From: Saccostrea echinata
Lineage: Eukaryota
Length of the DNA: 64,000 bases
Direction of reading: 5' to 3'
Assembly (NCBI RefSeq): GCF_033153115.1
Contig: NW_026889765.1
Coordinates: 21,390,001 to 21,454,000 of the forward strand
Shown here: in pieces, positions 51,899 through 64,000 of the stretch
How the letters are laid out: each line of letters opens with the position of its first letter
Numbering within the stretch: position 1 is the stretch's first letter
Position numbers and translations under genes: made by a program
Notes under the pieces: model-generated
Told to the model about the DNA's origin: nothing
Databases searched by the model: none
Seen by the model: the letters and a program-made list of their open reading frames with translations, nothing else

Positions 51899-52839
51899 TA
51901 TATAAAAGCAGTTCTTTTATCAGATTTCTTGATTTATTCAAGAGATATCGCATCACAAATATTACTCCGTACCGTAGCCCTATGTCGTTTTGATTCTTTA
52001 TGTTTACGGGCCAATTACCAAGTCCATAGCAGGGATTTTCAAGTACAAATAAAAGGATATGTATGAGGACATGCATTTCTTCAAATATTTTACAATATGA
52101 ATTGAGTTGAACGTTCTCTAAGCAAGATTTTTATTCTGCACTGCAAATGGATTGAATAAGTTACGTACTTTTCGAGACAACTTAAACGACAAAAAACTCA
52201 TTTGTGAAAAAATTCTGTCTATACATATTTTGAAATTTACGACTAAGCTGAAGTCCTTCATTTTAATAATTAAATGTAGAAATATTGAAAGGTGGAGCTT
52301 ACCGCAATATTGCACATTACATCGTTTAACACGACGTAATCGTGATAAAAACACTGCATGTTTATATTTTCCGAGTACGGGAAAAACAACTATGACGTCA
52401 CACGAAAGCCTTTGCAAGCGATATAAGAAATAAATACAAACAAAAAAATTCTCCTAATATCCAAGAAAAGATTTTGATTTTGTTTCCTGTTTCACTTAAT
52501 ACCTCATAATAGGCCGACAATCAACTGTTTTGTAATCACTTGTACTTGATCTTGCTGCACTAACAGATTATGTATGACCTTACTGATTTGTTAGACGCGC
52601 AGTGTAGGGGGAACGGAGGAGTGGATCAATCTTTTTTCACAATTTTATAAAGATTGATATGAATTCTAAAGCTTTAAAATATTTTCTTATAAGATGATAA
52701 AGCACAACAATTTGCACAAAAATTACTCAGTTACTGGTGATTTTAATAACGTTTCAGCATCTTAAGTAATATGGATTATGACGTATTCAATTGTGTCACG
52801 TGACATGTGTCCTGCATCCCTTTAAGTTACCATTAAGCC

Positions 52840-52893
<54 letters not shown>

Positions 52894-54264
52894 GGGCCTT
52901 CATTTAACCAGGATGACATAATTTAGCAACAATGCTAGTTTTCAATATGGTCCTGCAATATAACATACATACAGACAGGTATTAGTAAAACATATAAGAT
53001 AAATGTGAAATATAAAATAGATAAATGCAAAACAAAATTAAAATGTATGGTGGTATTCTCTAAGATAGTTTCTCTTAAAACATACAACACTTGTTGAATT
53101 TCTGATGTTTTCACACAAGGTATGCCACGTATTGCTACCTGAAGCACTGAAAGAGTTCTTATAATACTCAGTCTTTGTCCTAGGTACATACAATAAATTT
53201 GAGTTGGAATTTCTTGTTTACCTCTGGCTAATTTCAGATACATATTTAAAGACATTTAAGTAATCTGGCATTAATCCATGTAATACCTCATACACTAATA
53301 TGACTTTTCTATAGATAAAATAATCTGATTGAGGCATTCAGTTAAGTTGTGCAAACATGACAGAAGATAGTGTTTGAAAAATTCTTATGTTCAAAATGAC
53401 CTTAGCAGCACGTTTTTGAAATATTAAAAGCTTTTTCACATTTTCAGCATTTCTTGAATTGCCCCATATGGTACAACAATATGTAAAATGAGGAAAAATC
53501 ATAGTTTTAAAAATCTTCAACAATGCATCATTTGATATAAAATATCTTATTCTTCCTAAAATGCCAATTCTCTTGGACATCTTGCATACAAGTGCTTCAA
53601 TATGACTTTACCAAAACAAAGTTTCGTCAATAACAATACCAAGTTATTTTGACTCCTGAACACATTCTATGACATGGTTATTTACAACTAAATTTAATTT
53701 TCGACATTTTGATAATCTTTGTACTGTTCCAACAAGCGTACATTGAATTTTAGACAAATTTATGGTTGATTTATTTTGCTCAATCCAACATATACTGCCT
53801 TTCAGGTCTTCACGCATCTTTGATTCTATGTTTTCTACTGACTTATCTGTTGCATCTCGTGAAGTATCGTCTGCATACATATTTGCATGAGAGTGTTTCA
53901 GTGCTTGTGGATAGTCATTAATGTACGGGATAAAAAAAACAACAACAGTGGACTAATAGAGCCTTGTGGAACCCCAATAGTTACATTCTTTTCATCTGAT
54001 AGATCCCCTTTCCAAATAACTCTCTATACACGATTTGTTAAATATGATTTAAACCCTTCAAAAGTATCATTACATATACCAAAGGGCTTACGTTTGTGTA
54101 ATAAAACCTTGTGATCAACAGTGTCAAATGCTTTCCTTAAATCTATGAAAAGTACATCCGTAAGTTTACCTTCATCAATATTTTTAAGCCATATATCTAA
54201 TACAGAAATAAGATACTTTCACATGAGTGTTTAGGTCTTAAACCAGACTGACAATCATTCGTTA

Positions 54265-54608
54265 TATATAGGATCTCCCATGATTTGTAGTTGGATATGA
54301 TTTTTATCCAACGAGTTGTGTGTGTTTTTTTTTTATCCCCGAGCCTTGGCGAGGGGATAAAAACACACAACGAGTTGGATAAAAGCCATATCCAACTACA
54401 AATCATGGGAGATTCTTTTTATCCCATGTTTAGTACTTCATAACCAATGTTTTACACTGTTTTATATAGGACTCCACTTTATTTTACTTCATCACGCTAG
54501 CGCAAAATCCATTGTGACGTCACAACTGCACTCTACTGTGGTATATGAAAAATTATCCAATGAGTCATATCCATGGGATAAAGGGGTAAACATGGGATAA
54601 TAAGGAAT
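54265..54608. mobile_element. Non-autonomous element with ~140-bp terminal palindrome inserted in the LINE RT
   Basis: Palindrome 54273-54413 centred on gccttggc; distal end taaacatgggataataaggaat is an inverted copy of 54412-54432; the LINE reading frame resumes across the insertion. Confidence 0.75.
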
Positions 54609-54872
54609 TTACCGACAGATACTCACAAAATGAATTAAAAACGTGTCTCTCTAAAATTTTGCTGACACAGGGTAAAATTGATACAGGCCGATAGTTGTTA
54701 ACTAAACATTCATCCCCTGATTTAAAAGGTGGTACAACACATGTTTTTTTCCAATCATCTGCAAATTTACATCAAGATAAAGAAAAATTGAAAATATATG
54801 TAAGAACATCACATACACTATTTGAGGAAAGCAAACCTATTGCTTTAGATAAAGACATATGCTTTGTCTCAT

Positions 54873-55172
54873 GTCGCCCGCGTGGCGCAGTGGTTAAAGC
54901 GTCTGCTCTAGAGTCGCGGAGTAAGGAGTTGATCCTTACGTCGCGGGTTCGAATCCCACTGTGGGACATGGAGACCGGTCCTTCGGATGAGACCGTATTA
55001 ACCGAGGTCCTGTGTCGCAGTAGGTGCTGGCACGAAAAAGATCCTTCAATGCTCAATGGCCGTAAGTGCCGAGTATAGGACAAAATTTGCAGCTCCCCAC
55101 CGGCAAGTGGTGGCGTCTCCACATGAGTGAAAAACTCTCGAGAGGGACGTTAAACAACATACAAACAAACAA
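54873..55172 (+). mobile_element. Full-length Deu-domain SINE with a long-variable-arm (Leu/Ser-type) tRNA head
   Basis: A box tggcgcagtgg, B box gttcgaatcc, Deu core, (aaac)n tail, 12-bp TSD gctttgtctcat. Confidence 0.9.
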
Positions 55173-56747
55173 GCTTTGTCTCATTTGCAACAAATTCAGT
55201 GTTAAACTTGGTACTGTAAAAGAATGTTGGGGCATTTGTTTTTGGACAGTAGGTAAAGTGTCATCAAAATATTTTCCTAAGTCGAGACCAATGTTACAAA
55301 AATAATTGTTAAAACATTCGGCAATATCTTTTGAATCTTTAAAAAGTATGTTATTGTCCTTAAGAAATGTACAGGTTGTAGTAGTTTTCTTAGATGGTAA
55401 AAACTGCTTAGGTTTGTCTCACATGTATTTGGGCTTGTTTTCTGCCTGGGTAATTGCTTTTACGACAAATGCATGCTTAGCTTCTCTGATCTTACTCGCA
55501 TACTCACAACCCTGTTTTTCGATGCCCTGTAGAGACTCATTGCATGGTCATCATAGGTGCGTACCGCCATTTTATAGAGGTGTTCACGATAGTGCATTTA
55601 TGTAAGTATATCATCGTTTATCCATTCTTCTGATTGCGAGTTGATTCTTCTTTCTTTTAAAGGCATTTCTATATTTTATGTGAACATGACTGTTTGCACC
55701 GGATTTAATTTTACCATTTACAGTGTAGATTATGTTATGGTGACTTATTCCTATTGGTAAAACTCCTGAAGTAGAGTACTTATCAGGACTAGTTACATAG
55801 ATATGATCGATTAAAGTACGGATTCTTTTGTGTCACGAGTGGCGCTTTTTATTAGTTGCCAAAATCCAAGGTTTTTCATTGTAGTCTTTAAACGCTTCGT
55901 CTTATATTCATTCACATTAAAATCACCCATAAATATAATGTTTTTGTGTTCCACTGTTAGTTGTTCAACGCGTTCCTCAAACTTCTCTAACCAATCCGCT
56001 GTGGAATTTGGTGGCCGATAGGACATGACGCAAGATGTTTTAGTAGACTGTCCAATAGAGATAACAAATTCAAGCATTTCCAAATCATGTATGATTTTAA
56101 TTTTTGTGACAGTAAACTTTTCTCTTATGTAAACTCCCCCATTTCGATTTCTGTCTCTCCTCACAATTCTGTAACCTTTAATTAATTGATATCTCTGAAT
56201 TTTCTATTGTGTTGTCCAGTTTACTCTTCGTCAAAGCTAGGACATCAAATGCACCTTTATGTAATATTATTTTGATTTAGTCCAGTTAAAATTCCATCTC
56301 AAAGTCCTTAATGGGTGCTTAAAGGTAGCTTAATAGTGGCTTATAGGTGCTTAGTGGTAGCTTCTAGGCAATCTTTAAGTCACAATTAAGCCACCATAAA
56401 GCCAAACTTATAGGTGCTTAATGTCCAAACTCCAGTAAGCTTCCATTAAACCACCTTTAAACCACCATGAAGTCACCTGTCGATAAAACTGCTTTTATGG
56501 GTGAAATATTATTTTTATAATGACTTCTTCCCGCAAATTAAAAATGTCGAGTTAACACATTTGTTTATTTGGCAAAAATAATGTAAAAGAAAGAAAAATA
56601 AAAAATGGAAGAAAACGCTATTGAGGCTGTTGACTGGTTGGGAAAATGTAAAACTTTTAATTTTAACAAAATTTCTTTGGATTGGTTGATGTATAATTTT
56701 TAATGTTTGTATTTATTAATCAATAATATAAATAAGTACACCCACAC

Positions 56748-56877
56748 NNNNNNNNNNNNNNNNNNNNNNNNNNNNNNNNNNNNNNNNNNNNNNNNNNNNN
56801 NNNNNNNNNNNNNNNNNNNNNNNNNNNNNNNNNNNNNNNNNNNNNNNNNNNNNNNNNNNNNNNNNNNNNNNNNNNNN
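56748..56877. other. Assembly gap
   Basis: Run of N. Confidence 0.99.
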
Positions 56878-58169
56878 CTTAACCGTGGATTTCGTTTTGT
56901 TTTATTTTATGAATCCTCGCTCTTTTATTCGCAGTTTTATAAGTATGAAGAGATTGAAATTCAACAGATATAACACAGTTTTGTTATTAGAAAGTAAATA
57001 TATATTCGAAAGAGAAAGATGGAAAAAAAAAACAGATTATAGTTCTTATAAAAGTGCTGCAGAAATTTACGGTTTTTTGTGTGCTAAATAATTGGCAATC
57101 TTTGCGTAAAAAATAAATATTTTTTTTATCATATCATCTTCAGTTTAAAGTTTTTTTTTATATCATAATGGGTATCAAAATAATTGCCTTTTTTCCTAGA
57201 ATCATAAATTTTAATTTTTTATATACTTGCATTAGATTTTAAGTTTTGTAAAGATAATTGATCATCAAAATCTGTCTCTGTACTTTGCGTATAGTTTATT
57301 GTTAGCTGACTGGTGGGGACACCTACTTAAGATCTATTGTCTAACCAGTAGATATACAGCACACTGTTTATTTTACCCTGCTTCCCTTTGTGTATATATC
57401 TGCTCGGATGTAATCTTTAATCTGATCGGCTGTTCCTATGAAAATTGATTTTGAAAAAATATTTTGATAAATTATTACTTCTGCTTTATAAATAAAAATG
57501 GCACTTAACCACGAATTAAATCATTCAAAATATTCATGATAGAATTCAATGATTGCAATATAATCTATACCCCTTGAGCGCCTCACTGGCTGACAGCACA
57601 GCAATCTCTCTCACGTATATAGTGCTTTTCTGGATACTAATAATGCTAGTTTCAAGATTCTTCGTGGTAAAATCGACCTGTGACGTCATACTTTTGTTTT
57701 AGCACTCCATTATTTTTCAGGAATGGAGAGTTGCAAATTACATTGAAAACAGAATTTGTTATGTTCATATTCTCCTTTCCGTACCTCTACCGAGGAAAGA
57801 ACTAAGACAATTTTAACAAGGTTATTTTCACATTAAAAAAAAATTAATGTGGCACTATTGAATCGAACCCGGTACCTTCACCTCTGGAGTCAGGTACTCA
57901 TCTCACTCTACGCTATCGAAGCTGTTGAATGACAGTGGATTTAAATAACTTCAGTACACTATTTTCGCCTTACATTCTCTCTATATAAAAAAAAATACTA
58001 CTAATATGTTAAATGTATATTAACAATGCTTAAAAGCAATGGGCCTCGGCCCCGAGATGCTCAGTGTACAGATGGAAATATATTTTGTGTTCTAAAATAC
58101 TTAATTCAGAGAGAATTTCAAGGATGTACATCAAACAATAGATATGTGATATTCTTGGGACATAAAAAG

Positions 58170-61100
58170 ACAGTCCACTGGAGTGCAGCCAGGCGTTACA
58201 TCAATGAAAACCTATTCAAGAAGTGAGCTGACCAGCATGAGTGTCAAGGGAACAATACCAACTGACCTCAAGCAGACACTACAGAACATGGGTCTGTACA
58301 CATACAGCACGAACAGGGGTACACGTGGAGGATCCAGGAAACAGCACAAAATTTTAGTTAAAATCAATAGACAGCTCCAATCAACTAAAAAAATCTATAA
58401 GACAAATAAACTTTCAGATCTTAATAACTGTTTTTAGCCATAAATCTGATTTAAATTACCCATGTCATATATCAACCTGTATTAGAAAACGATCAATGGT
58501 GTCAAGGTAAAACACAGTCAGGAATGTGAATGTAACAAATTTGAGGCCAGTACCTAGGACAAAAAAATCATGTGTGTTATAGGTGCATGTCCCTTGTTAC
58601 TCTGAATTGCAGATCTGCTGTAAACAAAACAACTGCAATCAATGATTATATTGTTTCAAATGATATTGACCTTCTAACTCTTACGGAGACGTGGCTTGGT
58701 AGAGATTTATCCGAACTTACACCTGAGGGATATCATGTTTTACAAAAGTCAAGGAAAGATCACCGAGGAGGTTAATTAGCAGTTATCCGCAAAAAGCATA
58801 TTAACTTCAAACCAAAGACTACAGATTTTCATTTCACTCATTTCGAGCACTTGGAATGAACTGTAAGTTCATTGAACAATTACGTGTGTCTCTCTGTAGT
58901 TTACCGTCCACCGGCATCTAAAGCTAATGGGTTCCGAAATTCTGTGTATTTTGAGGAATGGTCGAGTTACCTTGACAATCTGGTCATACTTCCTGACGAA
59001 TGGATAATTACCGGTGACTTTAACTTCCACTTAGATGATCCAAGCAACATTGAGGCTAGGAAGTTTCTGAGAGTCCTGGAAGATCATGGTTTGTCACAGC
59101 ATGTGAAAGGAGCCACTCATAACCGAGGTCACACTCTGGACGTAGTCATCACAAGGAATAAAAGTCACATTCTTGATAGTCTACCTACAATTCAAGATCC
59201 CGTCCTTTGTGATAACAGTGGCAATGCTGGAGGTGACCACTTTGCCGTAACAGTTCATTACAAATATCCAAACCCTCAAAAGAAGGGAAAACCATAACCT
59301 TTCGAAAACTTTGGCATTAATATTTCGGAATTTAGAAGTGATCTGTTTTCATTAGACTTACGTATACTCTATGAAGTGAACTAGCCAGTGGAAGAACTAG
59401 TTAATATCTAAAATCGAGAATTGCGCACTAACTTGGACCAACATGCCCCTGAGCAAACTATTACATCACATCCAAACACTCCTTGGTATACTGATGAACT
59501 TAGACTAGCAGAACGCGAAAAACGTCGAGCCGAGAGACTTAGACGGAAAGCAGGCTTGACAATTTATTAAGGACTTTTTAAATCCAGATTAATCCAGTCA
59601 TCCAGATTACTGCTGTCTGCAAGGAAGGAATACTATTGGAAAAAAATCACAGAGAATGGAAGCGACCAGAAACAACTTTATAGGATAACAAATAATCCTT
59701 TGGGCAATAATCATGGTCCTATTTCTCCCACTCATGACAACAGAGAAGAAAATCATGGTCCTATTTTTCCCACTCGTGACAACAAAGAAGAAAATGCAAA
59801 CACCTTTGGGAGCTTTTTCATGGGGAAAATGTCTACCATCAGAGACCAGCTTGCTGCTTCTAAATATTTAGAAATTGATGCTCTATATGCGATATTGGAT
59901 TTATAGGGTCATCTTTGTACTGTTTCTACTCAACTTCAGTGACTGAAGTTCGTTAACTCATCATGACCTCAGCCTCTAAGTCGTGTGAGTTAGATCCTAT
60001 CCCTACACCAATTCCAAAGTTATGCATGGACAGTCTGCTTCCTATTATTACGAACATAATCAACAAATACTTGGCAGAATCATCGGTATCATCATCATTT
60101 AAATAAGCAATAGTACGTCCACTATTGAAGAAAGAAGGACTTGATGCAGAGGTAGTAAAGAAATACCGCCCAGTTTCTAACATTCCTTTCATCTCAAAGA
60201 TTCTTGAAAATGTGGTTAGTACACGCATAGAGCATCATGTCGAACAATTTACAGGATACTTACCAATCTGCATACCGAGTAAACATTCCACAGAGACAGC
60301 TCTCCTGAAGGTGCATCATGATATCGTGTCAGCACTAGATTCCAACTCATGTGCGGTTCTCTTGATGTTGGATTTGTCAGCGGCCTTTGACATGATCGAT
60401 CATTTTATTCTAGTTAATCGCCTTAAATTTTCTTATGACATTAACAACAGATTTCAACGAGTCGCGGTTCAATCAATTGTGTCGTCTGATTTTTCAGCTA
60501 AAATTCGGAGTTCCACAAGGGTCTGTCTTAGGTCCTAAGCTCTACTGCATGTTCTGCAAAACCCATTTGTGAGATCTGTCGCAGACATTGAATGTCCTTT
60601 CATAGCTACGCTGATGATACCCAGGTATATACATGTATGATCATCAAACCAGCAGCGACCTGGGATACCGTAGCGACAAGGTTACAGAAATGCTTGTTTG
60701 ATATCAGCACATGGATGAAAACCAACATGCTTAAATTTAATCAAGACAAAAGTGAACCTATTGTCTTTACGCCGAAAACCAGATGCTGTGAATTCGCAAA
60801 TTACAGCTTGAAATTTGATGGTCAAATCATTAATGTATCGTCCTGTGTAAGAAACCTAGGCGTATTTTTTTGATTGGTCACTAAGTATGGACGACCAGAT
60901 AAGTTCAATTTCAAAACAGTGCTTCTACCAACTACGTAACATTGGTCGCATACGTTAACTTATAACAGAAAGCGCCTGCAAGACCTTAGTGTACTCACTC
61001 GTCACCTTGCGATTGGATTACGGAAACGCATTGTTATACGGGTTTAGTTCAAGACTACAAAGAATTCAGAATACCACGGCCAGAATAATAACTAGGACTA

Positions 61101-61762
61101 AGAAGCAAGATCATATCACCCCGTCCTCATTTCTTTGCATTGGTTGCCAGTGGAATTTCGGATCCAGTATAAAATATTAATAAGAGTATTTAAGGCACTG
61201 CATGGGATGTCACCGTTATTCAAGACCTTGTAAATTTGTTTTTCCCAGCAAGATCATTGCTGTCCGAGAATTCCAGGTGTTTAGCTCAACCTCGTGCTCG
61301 AACCAAGTCATATGGAAATCGACGTTTCGATGTAAGCGCAGCTACACTCTGGAACAGTCTCCCGGCAGATTTAAGACACGAACAAAATCTACATAGTTTT
61401 AAGAAGTGTCTTAAGACTCACCTCTTTAAAATGGCTTTTAATCATTAATATAGTAATTATTTAAACTTTTATGTTCATGTTTATACACACACTTTATGGA
61501 CTCTCTGTTTTTGTAATACTTTTTTTTATGTTTTAGGGTTATTTTCCCCCATTTAATAATGTATATAGTTATAGCTACTAGGATCTAATTTTTAATTAAT
61601 CTTTATTATTTTTTTGAATATCTATATGTCTATTTCAGATTCTTAATTATGTGTTGATTATTGTATATTTTAATATTTATTTTAATGTTTAAGCCCTTTA
61701 GAGTAATTTTAATTACATTTAGCGCTATACAAATTTTTATGATAATAATAGTAATAATAATA
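58170..61762 (+). mobile_element. Near full-length decayed L2-clade LINE
   Basis: RGTRGG leader; APE (LNCRS, LTETWL, YRPP, GDFNFH, GHTLDVV, DH); RT (YRPVSNIPF, LDLSAAFD, GVPQGSVLGP, YADDTQ); C-terminal FKKCLKTHLF; 3' agcgctatacaaat+(taa)n. Confidence 0.9.
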
Positions 61763-62499
61763 CGCATGTATTTTTTTTTTAAATCTTAATATTTCTCTAC
61801 CCAAAGAAAAATTAAGAGACTTAGATACTTTTATCTTTTTTCGGAAGAAGATGACTCTATATTACAATATTTCATATGAATTCAGCAGCGGAACGTAGCT
61901 CTCTATATACGAAAGAAAAATACAAAGTGATCTTTTTTAAATTAATATATATTACGTGTTTATGGATAAAAAAAAATTAAAAACAAGTATTTTAACAAAC
62001 TGATCTTTGGTAGCGAAAATTTCAAGGAATTTGCTGAATCTGCTCTCAGTGCCCGAGTTTATACGCATTGACAGAAATATTAGAATTTGCGAGACAAAAT
62101 TATGAATTGAATAAGATTTTGCGTAAATGATATTGAAACAACTTTAAACTTAACAAGTTAGTTTGAAGACTTGATAAAGGATGCGCAAAGGTGAACTTAA
62201 TAAAAGATGCATAAAGGTGATTTTATTTAGTTTGGACATTAAGCCACCATTAAGCTGCAGCATAAAGGTGGCTTAATGGTAGCTTAATGAAATTTGGACA
62301 TTTAGCACCTAGAAGCTGCAGCTTAATGGTGGCTTAAAGGAATTAACTTCTATAGGCCACCATTAAGCCACCTTTAAGCCACAATAAAGCGATTGCTTAA
62401 AGATGGTTTATCATCCTGTGCTTCTTTAAATTTCATATTTTTTCCCCCCATATTTTAATCTCTATTGTTAATTTTCATACAGAAAGAAACCAGAAATGG

Positions 62500-63480
62500 C
62501 TAGAAAAATGGGAAAAAAATGAAAAAAAAAAAATAAATAACCTTCACATTGACAAAATATTCAAGGTCGAAAGTCAAAGGTCACATTGCAATTGGTCCAA
62601 TGTTTTTACAACATATAATTTTAAAGTTATTGGGTTTAACAGTTAGCGAAAAAAAAAAGACGTAAAAAGGCAATAACTCATATAAGGGATCATCAGATCC
62701 ATTTTCACTGAAAGATTGAAGTTTTGCCTAAAAAACCTAATGACATTAGTGAAGGTTTATTGTCTCTATGGTTTACGGTTTCAGAGGAGTAGCGATAACA
62801 AGGTTTATACTGAAAGGGGCAATTATTTTTAAGGGGTTAACCTTAGGTTACATGACTGAAATCTTTAAAATAGTTTTAAAAGGACATATTAAAGATAAAG
62901 ATCCAAAGTATTTCGTATATTATGTTGAAAGACCATAGAGGTATATAAAGAGCCAAATTTCTCATATTTTGAATGACCTTGACCTTTTACCTTGACAAAA
63001 ATTTCAAGGTAAGACAAAGACGAATCTTATGACGTTGGTCCGATGTCTCTACAATTTATTGTTTTGAAATTTTTTCATTGTTTGTAAACATTAAAAACTC
63101 TCAGAGGCAATAACTCATAAAAGGATTCGACGAATACTTTCGCAATGAATAGATTGAAGAGTCTCCTTAATTAGTTGACGACATTGGTGAATGTTTCGTA
63201 CCTTTACGGTTTACGATTTCGGAGGATAAGTGATAACAAAGTTTCTCGTGCAAGGCGCCAGGAATCTGAAAGTGGTCATAGGTCATAGTCAATGCGTCAA
63301 ATTTCCTTATAATTTAAAAGACCTTTGCGATGAACAAAAAATCTTTTCGTTAAACTTGAAAACCAAGAATCAGCGGAAGAAAATTAACCAGTAGACTAAT
63401 TGTTTAGAGAACAATTAGAGGCCTTTCCTCCTTTTTAGGTGTTTTCATATCATTTGGCTTTAAAAAATGCATGAAAATAA
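62500..63480 (-). mobile_element. Older copies of the 27-32 kb Helentron family
   Basis: Reverse-complement body (tgaccttgacctt, gagtagcgataacaagg) abutting a second 3' end (gtagactaattgtt..gaacaattagagg) at ~63391-63430. Confidence 0.75.
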
Positions 63481-64000
63481 ATACAACTCAAAAATTATAG
63501 ATTTATTGTCGGGATCGTTCCTCTGGAGAGTCCAAAAGTTCTTCGCGCATCTCCTAAACATGTTTTTTTTTTTCGATTTAGGGGCCAATTCTTCTCTCCT
63601 TTCCCTTCTCTCTTCCTTTCTCCCTCTCTATTTTTTCTCTCTCTTTCTCTCTTTTTACTTCCGTGTTTATGTGTATTGTTTACATAATAACCATGGAAAA
63701 ACAATGTCTGATATGTGTTTTACTGTACATATCGTATTTCTATGTTTGTGCATTATGCATTGGAAGGTTTAATTTGAGGTGTTAAATGTTCTGATTAAGT
63801 TAAACTAATTAGAAAAGTGCCGATGAAGTAGATCAGACTCGAGGCTAACATGTATGTAGGTAGTCATATGGGAAAACATGGATTAGACTTGAAGCGGCCG
63901 GACTGAGGATCCTAAGGTTGTTTTAGGTTCGGAAAGCAGATTCCTGATTTAAACTAGCTTTAAAGTGGTTTATATTAAATGCAACTATAATAAATAAATT

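Larger units (their letters stand above)
52840..56287 (-). mobile_element. Decayed CR1/L2-group (Crack/Daphne-like) LINE
   Basis: APE endonuclease (RRDRNRNGG, YRPPNS, MGDFN, TR..K.S..IDHIY), RT (YRPVSILP, DLRKAFDTVDH, GVPQGS, MYADDT), (TAT)n 3' tail at 52840-52892; interrupted by two insertions. Confidence 0.88.
56294..62407. mobile_element. Putative large TIR DNA element with subterminal taagccacc repeats, containing the gap and a LINE
   Basis: Left ccatct...gcttaaaggtagcttaatagtggcttatag and right ctataggccaccattaagccacctttaagc...agatgg are inverted homologues. The gap leaves their linkage unproven. Confidence 0.55.

Noticed and set aside
52478-52500. IRF/ISRE-like motif (aagtgaaacaggaaac on the minus strand) as promoter of the STAND gene
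   Set aside because: Spacing is non-canonical, such motifs are common in AT-rich DNA, and the transcription start is unknown.
56707-56973. ORF spanning the N run
   Set aside because: Artefact of the assembly gap.
59709-59792. 42-bp in-frame tandem duplication in the L2 ORF
   Set aside because: Real but trivial; it lies in a dead element with many stops.

Overview
AT-rich, repeat-dense eukaryotic genomic DNA, most likely from a bivalve (oyster-like: Cg170-type Helentron repeats, Meta/Deu-domain SINEs). It is not prokaryotic: there are no operons, rRNA or CRISPR arrays, and there is one N gap at 56748-56877. Two host genes are visible. The first is the last coding exon of a C-type lectin (~1.1-1.3 kb, +). 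The second is a large spliced minus-strand gene that I reassemble from canonical, phase-compatible splice sites as DZIP3-type HEPN (RxxxxH intact) - linker - nSTAND3-like P-loop NTPase - very long ankyrin array, >=2690 aa, with a 7.5-kb terminal exon; its 5' exon(s) were not located. This NLR/Avs-like 'sensor-switch-RNase' protein is the top candidate system. The rest is mobile DNA: a decayed Ngaro/DIRS tyrosine-recombinase retroelement whose SGNH hydrolase appears to need splicing, a cryptic intron-containing Kolobok-like transposase-DEDDh exonuclease fossil largely missed by the ORF track, Penelope-like RT relics sharing a covarying structured 3' RNA motif, two CR1/L2-group LINEs, four SINEs with TSDs, nested non-autonomous Helentrons, several MITEs, and two unrelated elements sharing a giant-hairpin architecture. 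All family assignments come from motif recognition by eye, not from database searches.
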